From contig NW_005434566.1 of the NCBI RefSeq assembly GCF_000315625.1, positions 68,375-132,374 of the forward strand: a DNA stretch of 64,000 bases, given 5' to 3'. The notes beneath the pieces were generated by a model that saw nothing but the letters and a program-made list of their open reading frames with translations, did no database searches and was not told the DNA's origin. A program made the position numbers and the translations under genes. Source of the DNA: Guillardia theta CCMP2712. Taxonomy: Eukaryota > Protista > Cryptophyta. Below are positions 53,500-64,000 of the stretch, one piece after another. Positions within the stretch are counted from its first letter, which is position 1; the number at the start of each line of letters is the position of its first letter.

Positions 53500-54370
53500 G
53501 GAATAGCTGCAAAAGGGACATGGGGTGCTTAGTACTAATGGCGGGTAGTACACCCAAGAACAATCCAGTACACTTCAATAGGGTGGGTACTTTATGTTTG
53601 TAGAAGGGGTACATAAAAATCAAAGGGGTATGAAGTGTCGGGGGTAGGGTAGTCACAGGGCCTTTTGGCGGGAAACTGGGTCAGTGACCTTCTTGTCCGA
53701 CTGCCACGACGGTCGGAGCCGGGCCGGGCCGCCGGGTGACTCGAACCGCCCGGGCTCAGCCTGAGATCCGGGACAGTGAGTCCTGCCGGCCGGTGCCCGG
53801 GCGGTACGGTAGCCTCTGAGCCGGGCGTGCCGCCAGCAATCATACCCTCAGTGAAGGCTTCGGCCAACTTGAGTCCGACAGCCAGTGACGCGTGACTGGC
53901 CGCGCGGCCCCCGTGCCCCCGGCCATTCAATGATCCCGACAGACGAGTCGCCGGGCCGGCCCAGCCGGGCTTCCGAGGCTTCGAAGCCTGCCCCCGGACT
54001 CACTGCGGTAGCATGTCATCGGACTCTCGCGCCGTGCGGTAGCATGTCATCGGACTCTCGCGCGGCACTCTGACAGTTTGACTCTGTCATGTGACACAGT
54101 TTGACACTGTCACATGACAGAGTCAAACTGTCACATGACAGAGTCAAACCACTTCCGGCCCGACCGCCGCCGCCCGGCCCGGCACAGGCTGCCACGGTGA
54201 GTGATCGGACAGCCGGGAGAGTCAGAGTCGGCTGCAGGTGTAGAGTCCGGGGCCGAGGTCCCAACGGGGGCCGAGGTCCATGCCACCGGCGTGGCGCCCA
54301 GACCGGTACACTACTACGGTACCGAGGCCCTGACCGAGGCCTCTGACCGAGGCCCAGGCGGCCCGGGGGA
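53500..54370. promoter_or_regulatory. Bidirectional promoter region between IPO5 and CNS1: GGGT tract joined to a GC island containing a 26-bp perfect inverted repeat
   Basis: Lies between divergent start codons; arms at 54071-54096 and 54108-54133. Confidence 0.55.
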
Positions 54371-54584
54371 ATGAGGGGGATGAAAAAGAACCTTCCATCA
54401 TGCACGTGAAAATTCGCATGGGAGGGAAGGGAGGCGGGGGGGGAAGGGAGGGAGGACGGCAACGAGGAAGGAGGGAGACAGATGGAGGAAGAGCAGAGTC
54501 CAAGGTCCCTACAAGGGGAAGAAAGACGTTCAATGGGAGGGAGAGGAGAAGCTGCTGATGGTCTTCCTGTCTGTCTTGCAGAGC

Positions 54585-58821
<4,237 letters not shown>

Positions 58822-58917
58822 AGACTTGTGTAATCTCCTCTTCCTCCTCCCTCCGTCTCTCCCTTCCTGCTGCTGCTGCTGCTGCTGCTCCTCCTCCTCC
58901 TCCTCCTCCTCCTCCTC

Positions 58918-59894
58918 CTATCCGGTTCCTCTTCCCTCCATCGCACCGAACAAGTTTCCGAACTGTGTCAGACAATCCCTCCTGTGCATGATCTGAACCT
59001 CACAGTCAATTCACTGCCGTTACTCCCAACTCCCTTCTCCTCTCCCTCTCCCTCCTCTTTCCCTCCCCGTCCTCCTCCCCGTCCTTTCCTTGTCATCCTC
59101 CTCCCTCCCCCCTCCTTCGTGTCTGCCATCCACTCCTCCTCCTCCTCCTCCTCCTCCTCTCCTCTCCTTTGCTCACCATCTCCACTTCTGCCTTGAGTTC
59201 CATCGATCGCTGCAGATCAGCTTCAAGTAGCTGCTGCTCTTCCAAGTTCGTATACACCGCATCCAACTCCTGCTAGCCGTCAGTTCCCCTCCCTCCCCTT
59301 CCTCACCCTCGTCCCCTTCGGCCTCCCCCAGTCTACTGCCTCCTCCTCGTCTCTTACCTTCTTGATCTGTAGCTGCTGCTCAAAGGAAGTAGCTGAAGAT
59401 CGCTTGTTAGTTCATTCCTTCTGCTCCTCCTTCCTTCTCTCACTCACTCTTTCCCCTGCCCCCTTTTCTGCTCTACTCCTCCCTCCCTCCCTCCCTCCCC
59501 TCCGTCCGTCCGTCCGTCCGTCCCTCGCTTCCTCCCCTCTCTCTCTCCGTCCGTCCGTCCGTCCGTCCGTCCCTCGCTCCCTCGCTTCCTCGCTCCCTCC
59601 TCCTCTCTCTCTACCGCTCTCACGGTTGTCAAAGGCTCGTCGGAGCATCTCAAGCTTTGCCTGGAGCTCAGCGATGCTTCTCTTCACCACCTCCACCTGC
59701 TCCTCTTTCAGCTCCTTCAGCTCCTCCGCCTCCTCCTCCCTCACGTTGTGGTGAGCCAGCAGCTGCGAGGCAAGGATGTAGTCCCGTTGGTAGAGCGTGA
59801 GGAACCTGACGAGGGTTGAGGAGGAGCAAAGCAGAAGCAGGGGGGAAGAGGGAGAAAGAGCGACGTGGAAGAGGAGGAGAGGATGGAAGGGAGG

Positions 59895-59927
<33 letters not shown>

Positions 59928-59935
59928 GGTGATGA

Positions 59936-59969
<34 letters not shown>

Positions 59970-60034
59970 GGTGATGATGATGATGATGATGATGATGGTG
60001 GTGGTGATGATGATGATGATGATGATGGTGGTGG

Positions 60035-60066
<32 letters not shown>

Positions 60067-60076
60067 GTGATGATGG

Positions 60077-60114
<38 letters not shown>

Positions 60115-63100
60115 GTGATGGTGATGATGATGATGATGATGGTGATGGTGATGATGGTGACGACGACGACAACAACAACAATGGAAAAAAGGTGGAGGAA
60201 GAGGAGGAGGAAGAGGAGGAGGAAGAGGAGGAGGAAGAGGAGGAGGAAGAGGAGGAGGAAGAGGAAGAGGAGGAGGAGGAGGAGGAGGATGACCTGTCAA
60301 TGGTCGAGCGGTAGTAAGCTTCAGCGGCATGCACAAGAGACGTGCGGGGAGAGCAACGATTGCTCCTGCAAGCCAAGTGAACGAGGAGGCGGGCGAAGGA
60401 GAAGAACCACGAGAGAGGGAGAAAGCGATGAAGCAGAGGGAGAGGAGGGCGACAAGCAAAAAAAGGAAGAGGAGGGAGGGGGGAGGGGGAGGTGGATGAA
60501 TAAAGGAGGACGAGCAGGAAGAGCAGGAAGTGGAGCAGGACGAGCATGATCCCAGGAGCAGGAGGAGGAGGAAGGAGGAGGCGGAGGAGGAGGAGGCAGG
60601 AGGAGCAGGAGGCAGGAGCAGGAGCAGGAGGAGCAGGAGGCAGGAGGAGGAGATTTACTTGCAGAGCTCGTTGGCCACTCCCTGCATGAGCGCGTTCGCT
60701 TGATTCCAGACGTTTGCGATGTTCAGCTGCCACTTATTTCACCTTCCTCAACCCTCCACTCGCTCCCCTCCCCCTGCCTCCTTCCTTCACTTGCCTTCTG
60801 CCCATACTTCCCCCTCCCTCTCCGCCCCCCCCTCTCCTCTCCTCTTCTCTCTACACTACTCTCCCCTCCTCTCGTCTTGTCTCGTCTTGTCTCATCTCGT
60901 CTCCTCCTATACTTCTCCTCTATCGGCCCCTTCTCCTCTCCTCCTCTCCTCCCCTCTCCTCTCCTCACCTCTTCCCCGTCCCTCTGTCTGCTGCTGCTCA
61001 CAACTCCGATGGGGGTCGCCACGACCGACTGAGGGCTGAGCCAGGGGTGGGTGGAGTGAGCCGCGTCGGAGAGGAGGACGGCCTGAGCCGAGACTGGCGC
61101 CATGAGAGCGAGGTCTGCAGCTTGAGTGAGGAGGGAGGAGAGCGGAGGGAGGAGGGAGAGACGGCACGCAGGCAGAAGAAGGGAGACGAAGAGAGGAGGA
61201 GAGGAGAGGGAGGACAAGGAGGTGCAAGGGAGGAGGAGCAATCAGCGACTGAGCTGATGATCGGAGGAGGAGGAGGCGCGACCTTGGGAAGAAGCTGTTG
61301 CCGTGGAATTTCGCTGTCGAGAAGGTCAGGGAAGAGAGAAGCGCATGGAAGGAGCTACCGCAGACTTTGAGGAGCGAGCATTTGATTTCTTGCCTGAGGA
61401 CAGGACAGGTAGTGACTGGCTGAGACGGGGAGAAGAAGAGGGCAGAGGAGGTGAGGAGAGGATAAGGGAGGGAAGCAGAGGAGAGGAGAGATGAAGAAGG
61501 GTCAAGGTAGAGGAGAGGAGAGGAGAGACGAGGAGAGGAGAGGAGAGATGAGGAAGGGTCAAGGAGGAGAGGAGAGGAGAGGAGAGGAGAGGAGAGGAGA
61601 GGAGAGGAGAGCGGAGGGAAGAGAGGAGGAGGAGAGGATATTGCTCACCCTTCTTGCTGGTGGAAGCAGCAGCCTGCTTCAAGGCGTCAGCTCAGCCACC
61701 AGCCTCTTTCTGCACGTGAGCTACCTGACCAGCAGGATACGCTGGCTCCTTGTTGCTACCTCCCTCCTCCTCACCCTGAGACAGAACCTTGAGGTGATGC
61801 GCGAGGAGGGAGGGAGGGGAGGGGAGGGGAGGGAAAGAGAGAGGGATGGAGAAGGAGAGAGAGGCAATAGGTAGGGCAAGGTATGTTGATAGGTGCAAGA
61901 GACTACCATATGAGAGTTGTGCTGTAGGGGGTCGAGCATGCCCTGTGGAGACGAATCGCCCTTCCTAGCCTTCTTGGAGGAGGAGGAGGAGGAGGAGAAA
62001 TCAGCAGCGTCCCTCTTATTCTCTCGCTTTCCCTGATTCTCCTTCGACTTCTGCTCCATCACAGTATTCTCCTTCTCCATCGCGTTTCTCGCCTGCTCAA
62101 CACACGTCAACCTCCTCCCCGCACATACACCCTCCTTCCTTCCAGCTCCTACCATCCTCAGGCCCTCTCCCTCTCTGTCTCCTCCCTCTTCCTCCCTCTG
62201 TGCTCACCTTGCGCCAGTCGACTGCGTTGTCATCCCAGGTCGAGAACAGCTTCTCTGCCTCTCCCCACGTCTTGACCCCCCTGCATTGCTCCGTCCACTT
62301 CTCCTTTCTCTTCCTCCAGTCTTCCTCCCTGATCTTGCTCTCGTCCTTGATCATGTCGTCGATCTGCTGACCTTCTCAGCGGGAGTCCGAGCAAGGGGAG
62401 CGGTTGCCACCTCTTTCAGGACGAGGATGAGAGCACGGGGTGTCATCGCCTCCTGCAGCTTCTTGGGCAAGTAGAACTCCCAGTACTTCTCGTTGTTCTC
62501 CTTGACCTGAAATGCACACTCATCTCAGCGTCCTCCTCTCCTCCCCCCACCACTCCTCTTCCTCTCTCCCTCTTCCAGCTGAGACTCCACACTACCTCCG
62601 AATAGGGGATCATGTCCACAGCGTCCAGCACGGCATGCATAAGCTCGTGCTTCTCCCAGTTCATTCCGTCGCTGTCGATCTCCTTCAATAGCGCCATGAA
62701 CTGCCAGCAACTTACATCGTTCCTCCCTCCTCCCTCCTCCCTCCTCCCTCCTCCCTCCTCCCTCCCCCTTCTTGCCTCCTCCTTCCCTCATCTCCCTTCC
62801 TCTCTCATCTCTACCTCCTTCTTTCCCTCCTTCCCCTCTCCCTTCTCCCTCCTCTCTGTCTGTCTCTAGGAGTCCAGAACGAGGTTCCTACCTCCTGTAT
62901 CGTCGATGCCGATTTCAACTCATCGATCCAAGCTGCTCTCCTCTTCTCGACCCATCTGCCAGTCGAGTCAAGTCCCCTCCTCTCTGCTGCCTACTCTCAC
63001 TCAGGGAAGTAGCAGTTTACACACAGCCGCTCCTCGATACTCCTCAGCCAGCTTGCTGCGGAGCCTTGTCACCTTCATGTGTGGGGATGAGGGAGTGAGG

Positions 63101-63635
63101 AGCGAGGGATGACAGGGGAGCAGGGGAGCAGGAGAGCAGGAGAGCAGGAAAGAGATGAGGAAACGAGGAGAGAAGGGATGAGAAGAGAGGACGAGAGGAC
63201 GAGAGGAACAGGCTGACCGAGCCCTTCAACGGAGTAACTTCCTTTCTTCAGCTAAATGCAATTGAGAACAGCGTAATCAAGACCCTCAATCAATGCACCT
63301 GATTCCTGAATGCTCCCCAATCCTCTCGCGCGTTCAGGAACGTCGAAGTCTTGCCTACCTGCATGGCGGCGAAGCTGCATGAACCCGATGAGGAGGGGCA
63401 GGGAGAGAGAGGAGGAGAAAGGATACCCGATCTTCTGAGCGAATTTCTTGAGCTTCTTGTTGCACTCTTCGAACCTCTTTCGTGATGGTGTACCCGGCGA
63501 CTTGAGTTTCTTTGCATCCTGGTGTGGTCGGCATGAGATGGAGCAGGAGCATGCAGTATCGGAGTAGAAATGTTCAGGATCAGTTCGTCTCACATCTTGA
63601 TGCTCGTGCTCAACCGACGATCCTTTTGTAGACAT
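58918..63635 (-). CDS. Multi-exon hypothetical protein with Trp-rich helical repeats and a C-terminal coiled coil
   Basis: Splice-flanked exons, e.g. RAAWIDELKSASTIQE|FMALLKEIDSDGMNW, RKEKWTEQCRGVKTWGEAEKLFSTWDDNAVDW, EEEAEELKELKEEQVEVVKRSIAELQAKLEML; termini uncertain. Confidence 0.6.
59896..60290 (+). repeat. Intronic (GAT/GGT)n then (GAG/GAA)n compound microsatellite
   Basis: Directly visible; source of the poly-H, poly-M and poly-D ORFs. Confidence 0.95.
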
Positions 63636-64000
63636 ACAGTCAAGCGGATGCTGTTCCAATCCTTGGAGCGAGGGGATCTTGACTTTTCATTCCATGGCCT
63701 CGCACACCCACACCACAATGCCGTTGATTCTGATCCGACCATCATGTTAGAAGTAATCCACTCGAAGTCAGAGGGCGATCCAAAGCTATCTCCTCAACTC
63801 CATTCCTCACTGTTACTCCCTTGGATCTCAACTCGCTTCTACTCAGTTTATCTCATTTCACCTGGCGTCGCCTCGCCTCGTCTCGCCTCGTCTCGCCTCG
63901 TCTCGCTTCACCTCCCTTCACTTCCCTTCACCTCATCTCGTCTCGCTTCACCTCCCTTCACTTCCCTTCACCTCATCTCGTCTCGCTTCACCTCGTCTCA

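Noticed and set aside
59668-60733. Poly-His, poly-Met and poly-Asp proteins (also poly-Cys/Gln/Ala at 54558-55154 and 57104-58076, and poly-Met at 27996-28790)
   Set aside because: These are intronic trinucleotide microsatellites

Overview
This is eukaryotic nuclear DNA from a cryptophyte alga of the Guillardia/Hanusia type. The evidence is a nuclear phycoerythrin alpha-subunit gene with tripartite ER/plastid/lumen targeting, many ~45-55 nt GT-AG introns, microsatellite-filled larger introns and seven N gaps. Most entries in the ORF track are off-frame microsatellite artefacts, so the genes were rebuilt by hand-splicing and their exon boundaries are approximate. Recognisable genes: NDUFS6, a plastid-targeted alpha/beta hydrolase, CobT, cpeA, ORC3, a PH-domain CAMK-type kinase, a GST-like protein, a dual-specificity phosphatase, a CLC channel fragment, importin-5 and CNS1/TTC4, plus several hypothetical genes. 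The most interesting observations are: (1) a ~1550-aa signal-anchored protein built from three tandem methyltransferase-like + kinase-like modules, reminiscent of the WbdD glycan terminator, where only the last module keeps kinase catalytic motifs; (2) recurrent composite intergenic elements (a CCGG/palindrome-rich GC island joined to a GGGT/ACCC tract) at gene 5' ends; (3) a 2.27-kb AT-rich element with 24-bp terminal inverted repeats and a 3-bp flanking duplication; (4) a ~285-bp near-perfect long inverted repeat; (5) a 420-bp direct repeat beside a decayed ORF; (6) an algal CobT; and (7) an intron-rich gene resembling a giant-virus protein family. All family assignments come from motif recognition by eye; no searches were run.
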